This document shows, in pieces, positions 1 through 13,216 of a DNA stretch of 64,000 nt. The position numbers and the translations under genes are program-made. Location: assembly GCF_001194135.2 (NCBI RefSeq), contig NC_068985.1:93058102-93122101 (forward strand), written 5' to 3'. How positions within the stretch are numbered: the first letter of the stretch is position 1; each line of letters begins with the position of its first letter. This DNA is from Octopus bimaculoides. Taxonomy: Eukaryota. Below the pieces are notes generated by a model that was given only the letters and a program-made list of their open reading frames with translations, made no database searches and was not told the DNA's origin.

Positions 1-3000
1 AACCTGTTTATTTCCATCAGTATAATAGTGTATATGTTTTTCTTTTATTTCCGAAAAATTAGCTTATATTAATGTATATAAATATTTGAATTGTCTGCAT
101 AAAGTATACAATTAGAAAATTTTATGTCATTATATTAATTTTAGAGTACATTCTTGACACAGTAAAAGTTGATTAAAATGCTAGATATTGCAGTCAATAA
201 CAATTTCTTTCAGTTCATGTATTAGACATAAACAGCTGGTGGAAAGAACTTTTCATAAATTACAGTCATTAGAGTAATGAATTAAGTAAGAAAAAAAGAA
301 ATTGAAGATATTACTGTTTGTTTTAGGAAATTAGGTTGTGTTTGCATTGGAAAATAACTTCCCCTCTCTTGGTTCAACTTCTGTTTTAAATATTAGTGAC
401 CTATTTTCAATTTCAATTTCATTTTGCATATTTTAACCAATATTTCCTAGTTTTTGATTTTCATTCTCTAATTAATAACTGCAATAAACTTCTTTTAAAA
501 CAAATAAGCATTGGCATGGTTTAAGCAAATAATCTTTATTCTATCTATTTATCTATCCACTTACCCAAACATAGGCTCTTGGAAATACTGGTCTTCGTAT
601 GTGTTTATAGACCATTTCACTTATGGCCTACATGATAAAACCTTATGTTGGTGATAAATAAAGTGGAAAATAGGGCACCACCATTGCAAATCAATAGTTT
701 ATTGATAGTGTTTTACTTGTGATGGTTATCCAGTGTTAGTTTTCTTCTATTTTGGATTCATTAAACAAAGTATCCTTTCAAAGAATTAAAACTTCATGTT
801 TTCTCTTCTATTGTTATGCTTGCATGACATGGCAATAGAAAAACCAGCATTTCTAAATTTTCCTCTATTATTACTGTGTTTAATAGTATCATTGTTTAAT
901 TTGATCATTAATTTGGTCATTAATAACATCATTGTTTACGTATATTTGTAAATGTGAATATCTTATGAAAGTATATTAAACGTCTCCTTCACTTCCAAAC
1001 ATAGTTTGAATGCAGGAAATCCATGTAAAGAATTTATAGTAATTAAGACAAAAACGAATCTCAGAAATAGATTTCATTTACTTCCTAAATATTTCTAAAC
1101 TATTCAAACTAATTTTCAAAGGTTGTTTGTCATTGTATTATGAACATATTAGAATCAAGCTCAATATCTTGATTCAATGTATATATATTTCCATAGAGAT
1201 ATTTTGACTTCTGTATTTGTCTGAATATTATGTATGCTACCAACTATAAATCCAGTTGTAATTTACTACAACTGGAATTCTGTTAATACGGTGGGGTGGT
1301 CATAGTTAGAAACATTAACTGAATGTTTTCTCTCATCAGTTAACTCTGAGCCAAGCAGAGTTAGAAATGATTAGTCAATAAGAACATCAAAACCCTGAGA
1401 TTTTAAAGATAATGAAATGTGTATTAAAAAGATTAAAAAAACAAATTGATGAACAGCCTAATTAGTACTGCAGCCATTTTAATGTGCATCCAGAATTCTC
1501 TGTAAATTGCTTAGTACTAACAAAGAAATCCAACCATGGAAACCAGGCCAAAACTTTTTACGTACGAGTAATCTCCAGCTTCTCAATGTATTAATTCAAG
1601 ATAACATCCATTATCAAGATTGGTATTAACTTTGAAGAGGAACCTACTCAATGCATAACATGTTCCATCCATTCCAACATAAGTAAACAGGTGTAAGATG
1701 ATGACAATAGTGTGTTGATATAGTCTACACGTTGTCATCCTCATCATTTTAATACCTACTCTTTTATGCTTGTGTCTAGATCAGATGGAATTTGTTGAGG
1801 CAGATTTTCTGTGGCTGGATGCCTTTTCTCTCACTAACTCCAAGTATACTACTATTTCTTCATGGCCCAACATGTTGTCACCAAAAAATCAGAAACACTG
1901 CTTTGCATGATGTTTAGCATGACATCCATACAAGAACATACACGTTTCATGGGCACTTTTCAGTCTCCCAAATCCACCCAAAAGGCTTTTGTCGGCTTGG
2001 GTCTGTAGTAGCAGACACTTAGCAAAAATTCCATGCAGTAGGATTTGACATGAAACTGCATAGTTTGAGAAATAAACTTATTCACCAGGCAGCCATGTAA
2101 TATATAAAATCTTCAAGCTATAAGAAAGAGAGGTTGATGCTAATCTAAGAAGTTTTCTTTCTCCTCTTATTTTATTTTACAATGGAGTTTAACCAAGTTT
2201 AAATTTATTATTGTTTCACATTCAACTTCACTATTTATTCATTCTTATATTGTCATTAAATAGTCCAATACATTTAATAGTTCCTGTTATTGAATAATTT
2301 GCTTGCATTTATTAGTATCTAGTTGGCATATTGTTCTTGTTAGCTTTGGTTTATTATGCTATATGGTTTCATTGAAAATAGTTTGTTGGAAATTTCTCTA
2401 TACAGAGGGACAAACAGCTCTGAGAAAATGTTATTTCTTCATAAAACAGAAATTGCAGTCTACTTTCAGTTTCTGGTTGGACTTTTTTTTCTCAATTGTT
2501 AACTAATGGTTATATAGAAAGCATGAAATATCATCCTCTATATTTACTCAAAAATTACGCACTTCCAGTTACATCACAGGGACAGATGGGTCATGCCAGT
2601 TCAATGTATCCCTTTATACTATAAAAAATTCTTCAGTAATGCCTTAACAACTTCGTTAATTTCAGAATTGTGTGTGTGTGTGTTTATACATAATACTTAC
2701 ATCTATTCAGTATAGTTTCTTAGTCAACTTGATAGGAATTATGTCTAAGTTGCCAAATAAATGAATGGTTGTCACTCATCATCTATATTCTTTCATACTT
2801 CACTGAGGAGGACTAATAAGATTAAAATATGTCAGAGACTGTCGGCATATTTGCCAGAGATTTGACCCACTTAATGCTTCCTTTCAATTTTTGTATAATT
2901 TGGATTTCAGAATTGTTTCACTTGCCTTCCTTGACAATAATGTACCGTTAAAACAACTGATTTTTACTCTAGATTATGGGTATAATTTGGGCCAAAGAAA

Positions 3001-4830
3001 CATTTCTTTGGTCAACTATTTTAAGTATGTTTGGCTTAACTAAAAATTAAAATGAAATTGCTTTTATCCGAGTCTTCCCATTTACTCACTGTTTATTATG
3101 GATAACATTTTTTATTGTTTTGTTCATATCATCTTTATTGTACTCTTTTACTTGTTTCAGTCATTTGACTGCGGCCATGCTGGGGCACCACCTTTAGTCG
3201 AGCAAATCGACCCCAGGACTTATTCTTTGAGAGAGATTATTGCTAAAGTAATAACTTATAACTTTGTAGGTTGTGGGTTTTATTTCTTTTTTGTTGCCAT
3301 CCCTCAAGCAACATCTTGTTTTCATATGCATTCAGGCAGCTTTTGTTTACAATAAAGGTGTTGATTTATGTATTCCTTTCGGAAAACACAGCTGGTTCTG
3401 TCTTTGATTAACTTAATTTTTGTTGACTTTCTCTTTAAGATAATTCTCCAGTTTTGGACAAACTGATATTTATTTTATATTGCTGCTCTCGTTTAGATGT
3501 TTCTGAGATAATTTATTGCTAAAGTAATAACTTATCAAAGTGTAACTTTTCCTCACTTGCTGTTTTTGATTATTTAACTATATTCTTTGACTGCCTGGGG
3601 CATCATGCTTTTACATATATACTGATATCAGAATTTTTTTCCATTAGATTTCTCGGAAATACAGACATCAAAAAATATTTCTTGCTGTCTTTCTCATATG
3701 TTATATTGGGAATTGCCTGAAAAGTAAGCCTGTTGAAAGACATTATAGAAAAGAAGCATCTCTCATTGTGAACATTAGCCTAAGTTTAGCCAGTGTAGGA
3801 ACTTCAAAGCCTCCATCTCAACACCTTGCCATTTTAAATAAAAAAAAAAAAAGAGAGTTACACTGGACAACTGAATTCCTGATGTAAAAAAAAAAAAATG
3901 GGTGGCCATAGGCCAAGGCTGATGTAGATCTAAACATCATCTGATGTCCACAAAGTAGTTTAGTAAATCTGTGTTGCCATAGTAATTAATAATAATATAC
4001 TGATTTATTGGTCTTTATATTTGAAAAAACATTCCTTTGGACTTTTAATGAATCAGTTTTTGTGCAGTATTGGAGAAATTTGTTTACCACGTTAAGTATA
4101 ACAATATCTCAGCTGTCACTGTTAAAATTGCCAGATCAGTTTTGTTATGAGGTAATTAATTCACAAAGATGAAAATTTAGAAATAACAATAAATACTTTT
4201 AACAAAGACTAAATAACAATACTTAACAAAAGGTTAGACATTAAACTAATCGAAGCTTTAGGTCTTGTCTTCACATCTACCGGCTCCTGATTCCAGAATC
4301 CTTTGGAGACCAGCAGTTACAGGGGTTCAATATAATACTGGACAAATGTGCTAAATAATGGACACTTTTAAACCCATGTTGATAAAACTTACAAGTACAA
4401 AATACTTTTAATACCCATTTTCTTATTTCTACTGGAACATTATATAAATTTCACAAATATACAACTATGTCACCATTGAAAAATTTAGTCTTTTACTCAA
4501 AGTTAGTCTGATCTCAACATAAGATGGTAAAGCCACAACAAGATGCTATTATAGAAACTGTTGAAATGTATCCATAAATATGTTGGATAAGTATATTTAA
4601 TTTTTACTGTTCCAATTACAGCACTGTATTTTTTGTGGTGCAGAATATAAATTTATTTGAACAATAATTTAAAACAAAAAAAGTATTTTTGTTGCTTTGA
4701 AATTTACCTTACCTTTTTCAAATTTTATTTCTCCTGTGAATATTTATTTCCTTTTATTAATATAATTGGGTATTTTTTTTAAACAAAGTTGCCAGAGTTT
4801 TTATTTATTTATTTATTATGTATTATAAAA

Positions 4831-5293
4831 GGCAGTGAAATGGCAGAATCTTCAGCAAGTCCAACAAAATGTCTAACTGCATTTCGTCTGTCTCTACACT
4901 CTGAGTTCAAATTCCACTCAAGTCAGCTTTGCCTTTCATCCGTTCAGGGTGAATGGAATAAGTGCCTGTTAAATACTGGGGTTGATGTAATCAGCTAGAC
5001 CCTCCCCTAACAAGTTTCAGGCCTTGTATTTATAGTAGAAAATACGATTATTATTGCTGTTGTTGTTATTGTTTCTATTAATTGGTCAAGCTGACAGAAT
5101 CATTAGCATGCTGGACAAATGCTTTGTGGCATTTTATCTGTCTTTATGCTCTGAGTTCAAATTCCACTGAGGTCGACTTTGCCTTTCATCCTTTCAAGGG
5201 TTGATAAATTAAGTACCAGCTGCACACTGGGATTGATGTAATCGACTTGCACCCTTCCCCAAAATTCCTGGCCTTATGTCAAAATTTGAAACC
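4831..5293 (+). mobile_element. Two tandem SINE family 2 copies (4831-5040, 5084-5293)
   Basis: Both contain ctctgagttcaaattccact...ctttgcctttcatcc...aagtacc/aagtgcc. Confidence 0.8.
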
Positions 5294-5554
5294 ATTCTTA
5301 CTGATACTACTACTACTACTATTATTATTCAGTAGTTTTATTTTTATAGCATGCTTTCCTTGCACTACCGAGTGCAGCTCTGTGCGCCTTGGGTATGAGC
5401 TGTGGTTTGCTGTGATGCTTTTATGGTTACTGTATTGAAAGTGTTTTGCGTAGGATGTGTGCAGTGCCCAATAGTGCAATTTTCTGTATGTTATATATAC
5501 TTGTAAGTCCTGGTGTTTTTGTTACGTATTTGTCTGAATATTTTTTTTCTAATA

Positions 5555-5556
<2 letters not shown>

Positions 5557-5588
<32 letters not shown>

Positions 5589-5600
5589 TATTATTATTAT
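5557..5600. repeat. (TTA)n microsatellite immediately upstream of the Ig-exon acceptor
   Basis: ttattattatt... running into the pyrimidine tract. Confidence 0.9.
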
Positions 5601-5618
5601 TTTCTTTTTCTCCGACAG

Positions 5619-5799
5619 GGAAGTGCTGAACTTAAGAATTCTGATAAATACAACATAAAAGGCACAAAAGATGGGGATGTGTATTATACAAGTTTACTTG
5701 AAATTTCCAATGTTACAAAAGAAGACTATGGCAAATATTTGTGTAAGGCTAAAAATGTTGAAGGATCTGCTGAATCAGAGATATTATTGGATGGTACAA
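5619..5799 (+). CDS. Exon: C-terminal half of an I-set Ig domain (GSAELKNSDKYNIKGTKDGDVYYTSLLEISNVTKEDYGKYLCKAKNVEGSAESEILLDGT)
   Basis: Acceptor tttctttttctccgacag, donor A|gtgagt. Ig E/F-strand signature L-x-I-x-N-V-x-x-x-D-x-G-x-Y-x-C. Overlaps ORF 5679..5912. Confidence 0.95.
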
Positions 5800-8700
5800 G
5801 TGAGTTATACTGCCTGCTCTTGCCACTGTTGATGTGTGCTTCCACTCCTTGCAAAAATAACGGACCAGTTGGCTTTTTGCACTTTTTTTTCTATTTTTCA
5901 TCTTGTTGGTAGTAAAACAAATTAACTTTAGTAAATTTTATTTCTTTTAGAAGTAGCACCATTTAGCGATGGTTGTTGTTTTTTTTTTATTGTTTAAATT
6001 TTAAAATATTTCTTTTGTTAATTAAATCAAAATTTAATAACCACTTGTGTGAATTTGTTTCTAATTTTTTTCCCCCTCCTTTTTTCTCTTTCACTTCCCA
6101 TACTAACATTGCACATAAGTGTATTCCATATTTTGCAAATTTAACCATCGAGGTTCTTCAATATAATCAATATAAATATACATTAATTCAAGGTGGCTAG
6201 ATGCCACTAAAACTGCATCTACTGAACAGCAATATTAATATTTATAGCCAATTGCCTTATCTAAAATAACATTACTGTATTGATATTATTTGATAATCTG
6301 CTAAAAATGTTGTTGCTGCTAGCCAAGATTTTAATCAATAATTCAGTACAGTCTTTCTATTAGAGAATAATTGATTTCTCTCTCAACTTTTTCTGTTCAT
6401 TTATTAAAAAAAAATAAATTAAAGTACATTTTTAACTGATATGATTTCATTTTGTTAATATATTAAATAGCAGTAAAATAATCTCATTATATTACAACAT
6501 TTTCAAATTGTGCATTTCTTTCTATTAACTCCTAGGTAAACCTGATCCACCATACAACATAAAGTTTGTCAATGCCACACACAACAGTCTAACTCTCACT
6601 TGGCAGCCAGGTTTCAATGGAGGCATGACACAGTCCTTTCGGGTTCGTTATCGGCCAAAAGGAACAACGAACTACAAATATGTTGATGTTGGCCCTGGAT
6701 CAAATGTCTATTTGCTTACTGGTAAGTTGAAATTTTACAGTATCAAGACAACTATTTCATTATTTGTTCTGTGAACAATGCGGTGACCTGGCAGAAACGG
6801 TAGCATGCCGGGCAAAATGTTTAGCAGTATTTTGTCTCTCTTCACATTCTGAGTTCAAATTCCGCCGAGGTCAACTTTGCCTTTTGTCCTTTCGGGGTTG
6901 ATAAATTAAGTACCAGTTGCATACTGGGGTCAATGTAATTGACTGGCCCTCTCTCCAAAAATATCAGGCCTTGTGCCTTCAGTAGAAAAGAAACATTAGC
7001 ACACGAGGCAAAATGCTTAGCGGTATTTTGTCTCTCTTTACATTTTGAGTTCAAATTCCGCTGAGTTCAACTTTCGGGGTCGATAAATTAAGCACCAGTT
7101 GTGTACTGGGGTCGATCTAATTGACTGGTCCCCTCCCCACAAAATTTCAGGCCTTGTGCCTAGACTAGAAAAGATTATTTGTTCTGTGAATCAAAGTTCT
7201 TTATATTCAATATAATTATACAAATGTCATCTTCAGTCGATATTCTTCAGGTAGCTACAAAACTTATTTTCTTTGAATCTATTCTCAAATCATTTGACTG
7301 CGAGGTACTTAGTTTTTTTTTTCACCTGCTTAGAATGTAACACTGACAATCAGCACACTCTGTAGATTGGTAGTACTAGTGGGCATCAGAAAAAAGGAAC
7401 CCAGTACACTCTGTTAAGTGATTGATATTAAGAAAGGAATCCAGGCATAGAAACTACACCAAATATGACATTCACACTTAAAGCAGCCCTGTAGATCACC
7501 AGTTCCTTGTCAAAGCTGTCCTACTCATGCCAGCATGGAAAGCAGATGTTAAAAGATGATGATGATGATATATTCAACCTTATTCCTAGATTAGTGTTTA
7601 AGTTGGGCATCCAGCTATAGAAACTAAATCAAAATGAAATGCTAGCAAAACAAGGTTCCCTTGACCCATCTAAGTAAGCAAGCTCATCCAACTGATAAGT
7701 GCATCAACAAGGGATGTAAAATGATGATGATGATGGTGATGATGATAATTTCAGCCTTAAAATTCCCCAAAGTTTTATTAAAGTTATCGATATTCAATAA
7801 TATACGAAGTTTTCTGTTTGGGTAATTAACATAGTTGTTAATGAGCTAATGTTTGTTCCATCTTCACTTCAGTTTAGCGTTTTGTAATTTAATACAATCT
7901 GGATGTTGCATATTAACATATGTATCACTAGATAATAAATAGATCTGTATATAAACTTATAAATTGAATATTATTTTGATAATGGAAATATTTAAAGCTT
8001 ATTGGCTAGACAGATGAGAATAAGTCAGACGTATAGATTTTGTTATATAAGATTTATTTCTTTTAAAAATTTTGTCTGTGGCAAAAACAAAAATAAGAGC
8101 AATAAATTCTAGTTATTGTTATGCTGTTTTTTTTTACCCTTTTGGCTTGTTCTCTTAGAGATATGCTTGTTCTTCATTTTTTTAACATATTTTTCTGCTT
8201 GGTTCATCCAGCTGTAATGATTTTCCTGTTATGTTTCTGAAATTACGCGACAGTTATCCTGTATGCTTTGTCATCATCATCATCATCAACTGTCAACTTT
8301 TCTATGTAAGAATGGAAATGAACTACACTGCTTGAATGACCGGGATGTTTGTTTACAACCATCATGTTGATGTCAAGAGAAGGGAATACACAAATATACA
8401 TACATACACACATAGGCATGGCAGGCTTCTTCTCTAGTTTGTCTACCAAATACACTCACAAGGCTTTTTTTTATATGCTCGTGGCTATAGTAGAAGACGC
8501 TTGCCTAAGGTGCCATACAGTTGATCTGAAATCAGGATCACATGGTTAGGAAACAAGCTTCTTAACCACACCAACACATAGTTATTCACAAACACACATG
8601 TATACACATTCTTACTTCTATTCTCTTTTACTCTTTTACTCTGTTTAACTTTCTTAACTTTCATATTTATGGATTTCTTTTTCCCCGCTAGAATTCTAAG

Positions 8701-11700
8701 TGACAAACCAAAGTGACGATGGCTTTATTATACTAGAAAGTTGATCAATATTTGCCAAAGCCTAACTGGTATCCTGAGCCATCATTAACTTCTAAAGATA
8801 GTCACATCTAAAAGGCTTCAAAATATCATAAACAATAATGAAAGCATTTGGATGCATTCCATCAAAAGTGTTTAACATTATAATCTATTTGAAATTGGTA
8901 TGGTTATCACTTCTTGACACCTTCAGGTAGTGTAAACTATACAAATTATAATTGCCATATTTTATTATCAGATCTAAATACACAATTAAACTACTATTTG
9001 TGTTAATTGTTATAGTTTTCCTTATTAATAGCTATGTCATATTAGTATTCAATGAAAATTGTCAGTGTCCCCCAATGTAATTGAATTCTTGCCACATTAT
9101 ATTAGATATTGGCCAGAACATAAATTTCTAAGAAATAATGCAAGGTATTGAGTTTATTTCAAGATAATCAGAGTTACTTCCCTTATTCAACTCTAATAAA
9201 ATAATAAACTTTGGAAAACCTGATTAAGCTTCAGCATTTTGATTTATAGATGTCACCAATTAGTTTCAGAACAGATTCTCTCATAAGTAGCTGCAGGTAT
9301 CCATAATGTTACAAAGAAGCATACACAAAAATTGATTAACCTATATGATGTTGATTATGTATGTTAGCAATTTTTGAAACATAGTCTGGTAAATTTAATA
9401 ATTATATTGTTATCACTGTACAAAAGTAATTTTGAAACTAAAAAATTCTTGATCCTTTTTTAGTTACTTTGTTTCCTCATCAAAATATTTCTTTTATTTC
9501 TTGTTCAGAATTTGTCAAAATGAACTATTTTGTAAAAATTTCTTTTTTATTTTCTTTTCCAATAAATTCATTCTATGAATTTTCTAAATATTTTTAATAG
9601 GTCTACAAAAAGGGAAAGAATATGAAATAACTATGCTTGCATTCAATAAACTTGGAGAAAGCAAATACCAAAGGAAAGAATTCATAGCAAAAACTTCTAG
9701 TAAGTACTTTGAAAGTTACCAAAATTGTTAGAAATTTAATATTATTTACCATATTTATTTGTGCTGCAGGAAATTTAATACCAAACATGAGGTCATAATT
9801 CTGGGTTGCAATTACATTTAGAAGTAAAAAGTAGATAAGAGGATAAAATATATCACTGAATTTTAGGTCTAAAAAAAACACCTGCGCATGGTGTGTGTGT
9901 GTGGGGGGGGGCGGTTCTTGTGATATTTGAAATCACATTGTACTGAAGTAAATACAGTATGCGTTTTGTAGGGGATATATTGAGTTTATTATAGGTATTG
10001 ATTTTGATCAATAAGAAAGAAAGATGTCTTTTTTTTTTTCTAATATTTCTGATGACAAGCTGTAAAGGATTATTAAACGTTATGGTACCTAAACCATGTG
10101 AAAAAAAATTTCCATCATAGATTTAAAGTTATAGTTTGTGGTTTTTCTATGTAAATGTAATTAAATGCACTCTTGAAATGTAGGTTGTTGAGAAGAAAGC
10201 ATAGAGCTGTTAGTTTCAGTTAGTATTCTTATATAACGGTGCTTAATAATTTAGATGTATACAGGGTGTAAATTAATTCTTTCATTATCCAGCAGGCTCA
10301 AGATATTGTACAGTTGGTCATTCCTAAACAAGATAAATATAGGTGGAGTTATGTTCTGTATTTATAGGTCTGTATTGTGTGCTATTTTAGATGTAATCAG
10401 TTTTTTTTTTCTTTTATATACTTACATGTCTTCTGGGTTTATTTGAATTGAGTGCTATTTGTAAATTTGTGCATTTGCATAAACTGTCATGGCAAATCTT
10501 CTTTACCGTTAGTGGTTGCAAAACATAATATTTACTATGCAGCTTGTTATTCTGTTTTAAAATTTTCCTCATTACTACTTTTGCCGATCAACAGCAAGAG
10601 TTTGTTATTTAACTTAGTATACTCTGTCTAACTCATGATTATTTTATGCTCACATTAACTTGCATCTAGTTTTGCATTCTATCTCAAATATTTTACAAAT
10701 GTTGTTTGAAGCAGTAATGTTTGTCGTTTTTCAGAAGAAATGAAAAATAGCTACATTTTGCTTAGCAAAGTTCAGGAAAAAGTATTTCTACTAGATAGGG
10801 AAAAAAATCTTCACTATGTCATTATTCAACATCTTTCTTGTCAAAAGGAATTCTTTTTTTTTTTTTTTGGCGCTGGTAGACCTAAATTTCACAGCAGTTT
10901 TCAATCATGAAAACTTAATGAAAAACTTGTAATATCATGAAAACTTTGGAGCCAACTGAGAAAAATGGTTTTCTTTTTTCTAACACTATTTGAAAACATT
11001 CTTATTATGGGCTATGAACACTAGATTTTATAGACATCATCAGACTCATGTGTAAACTGTACAGTTTTAGTTTCATTTAAATCGTTAAAACTCTCTGGGC
11101 ATAAATATTTCCAATCTATTTGAAATAAATCAATTTTACATTGTATTTCTAGCTCTGCTACTCTTCCTCCCACAAACCATCCAAATAATATTAAAGTTTT
11201 CTTGAAGAAATATAGCCTAAAAGCCCAGGAGTTATTTATCAATTTATTTTGGTGTATTTCACTTGGAAACAACAAATATATAAAAGTTTTAATATGTATT
11301 TATTTATTTATTTCATGTGTGTATTTATTTTTATTTTGTGGTTTTTATTTGTTGTTGAAGTTGAAAATCTATTGAAAGTTCATAGGTATTTGGCAAAAAT
11401 TATAGAGAAGAAATGAATATAGATGAAATGAGGTCCAAAAGTTGAAAGTCACTTCTAAATAATATTTGTTTGATAAAGATATATCTTGGAAAGCTTGACT
11501 TGACAAGTAATGGCCTATGCTGGCTCTGAAGATTAATTATAGAAAGGGGAAACAAGAATGTGCTGCCTCTTGAGGAGGACAAAAATGGTAAAAATATTCA
11601 GCAATAAACAAATCAAAAATTTGGAGGTGGAGAAATCAATAAAAGGTAGGAGTGGAAAGAGAAAAATTGATATCACCAAGTCTCTGACAATGAGGGTCAT

Positions 11701-13168
11701 CTAATGTTTGGAAATCTTGCTTAAATCTAATGCTATATCTTATAAAGGAAAGCCAGTTGATGATATAACAAAGAGGCTCCTCTCTAACCTTGTCTATCGA
11801 TCATGACATTCACAAGAAGATTTCGTCTCAGATATCTACCAGTCCCTGAAGTTATTGGATGATGAGGCAATTGGTTGCGGCACAGTGATAACAATCTACA
11901 CACACACAAGCATGCAATATCAATATATCATGTTTGTATGTGTGTACAAAAGAGCATTTGTACACATATGTATGTAACTGTACTTGTATGCATGCATGTA
12001 TGTATACATGCTCACAAGTACGTGTGTGGAAGTGTGAGTGAGTATAACTTACATGAATATCGCTTCAATTGATACTTGTCTTTGTTTTGTAGCTGTAAAT
12101 GTATTAATAATTTCCAATATATAAATATATGGTAAAAAAATAAAATCAGATTCCCTATCTCCCTCTGATCAATTTTATTTTACTTTTTTCTTTATTTCTC
12201 TTTCAATTTACATTTTATGCACATTTTTAGGTGATATTTCTTTCTGTTGTTGAGTCTGCTTAAGCGGGCTCCCTATTAATCGTACATTATTATTATTATT
12301 TATAACAATTTTATTTTTTAGTAAAGAAGAAAATTGATATATTCAATAAATAATTTTAAGATTAAGGTTGGCTCATCAAGGCTTTTTTTTTTCTCTCCTT
12401 CAAACCCCACCATTTAAAATTAAGCCATTGTTTTTTTTTATTGTAAGTTTGAAAATTGATAACATTTATCTTCGTTTATTATTACATCGTTTATAATTTA
12501 TAGCAAAACATTAACTTGTTCAACACAGATTGAATAATGTTGACATGATTTATTTTTCTATCTACATGTCTGGGGAAAAAAGGCACTGAGAGATTAATAT
12601 GCATTGCTGAAATAGCTGGGAATTCCATAGTGCCTCTTAAAATGGAGGATTGTATACAATATTTGGCATGGTATTTTTAGAGAAAATTTGTAGAGGTGAA
12701 GTAGTGCAGAGGAGGGGGTTGCAAAGGGTGATTGTTGTAATTTAGGATATAGTCAAGGCTGACTAGGCTAACCCATGTTCAAATGGATATCTCAAGGATT
12801 TCTCTTTTTTTTTTTTTTTTCCAGACTCAGTAGATGAGGACCACATTGTACAATGTGTCTTTATTGTAAGGTGGTAGAGTGTAATTCAAGATCATTGTTG
12901 AATGAATAGCCTGATGATGAAAGGCATTCCTCTCCTGACCATTCCATCCTTAGCATATGAAAGATTACATAATCCAATATGTTCTTCCTCTTGGCTGCTA
13001 TTTTTAGCAGATTAAATAATCACATAGAGCAGATATTCACATTTAAATCTGCCAGAATGGATTCAGAATGAATATGTACATTATTGTATAGATCAGTTTC
13101 CAACCTGGGGTCCATGGACCCTTGGTGGTCCACAAAGGTAATACAGGGCTCTGTGAACTAAATTCAAA

Positions 13169-13216
<48 letters not shown>

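Noticed and set aside
1-5618. Search for the upstream Ig exon (phase-0 donor)
   Set aside because: No Ig-like reading frame with splice sites found. The preceding exons probably lie outside the window.
8927-9010. Candidate FN3 F/G exons, e.g. DLNTQLNYYLC* (~8981), GLKKTPAHG (~9867), DLNFTAV (~10880)
   Set aside because: In-frame stops or no tyrosine-corner/AxNxxG pattern, and no matching phase-1 donor.
11400-11880. Purine-rich complex block resembling a decayed coding sequence
   Set aside because: No convincing motif on either strand by eye. Left unclassified rather than called.
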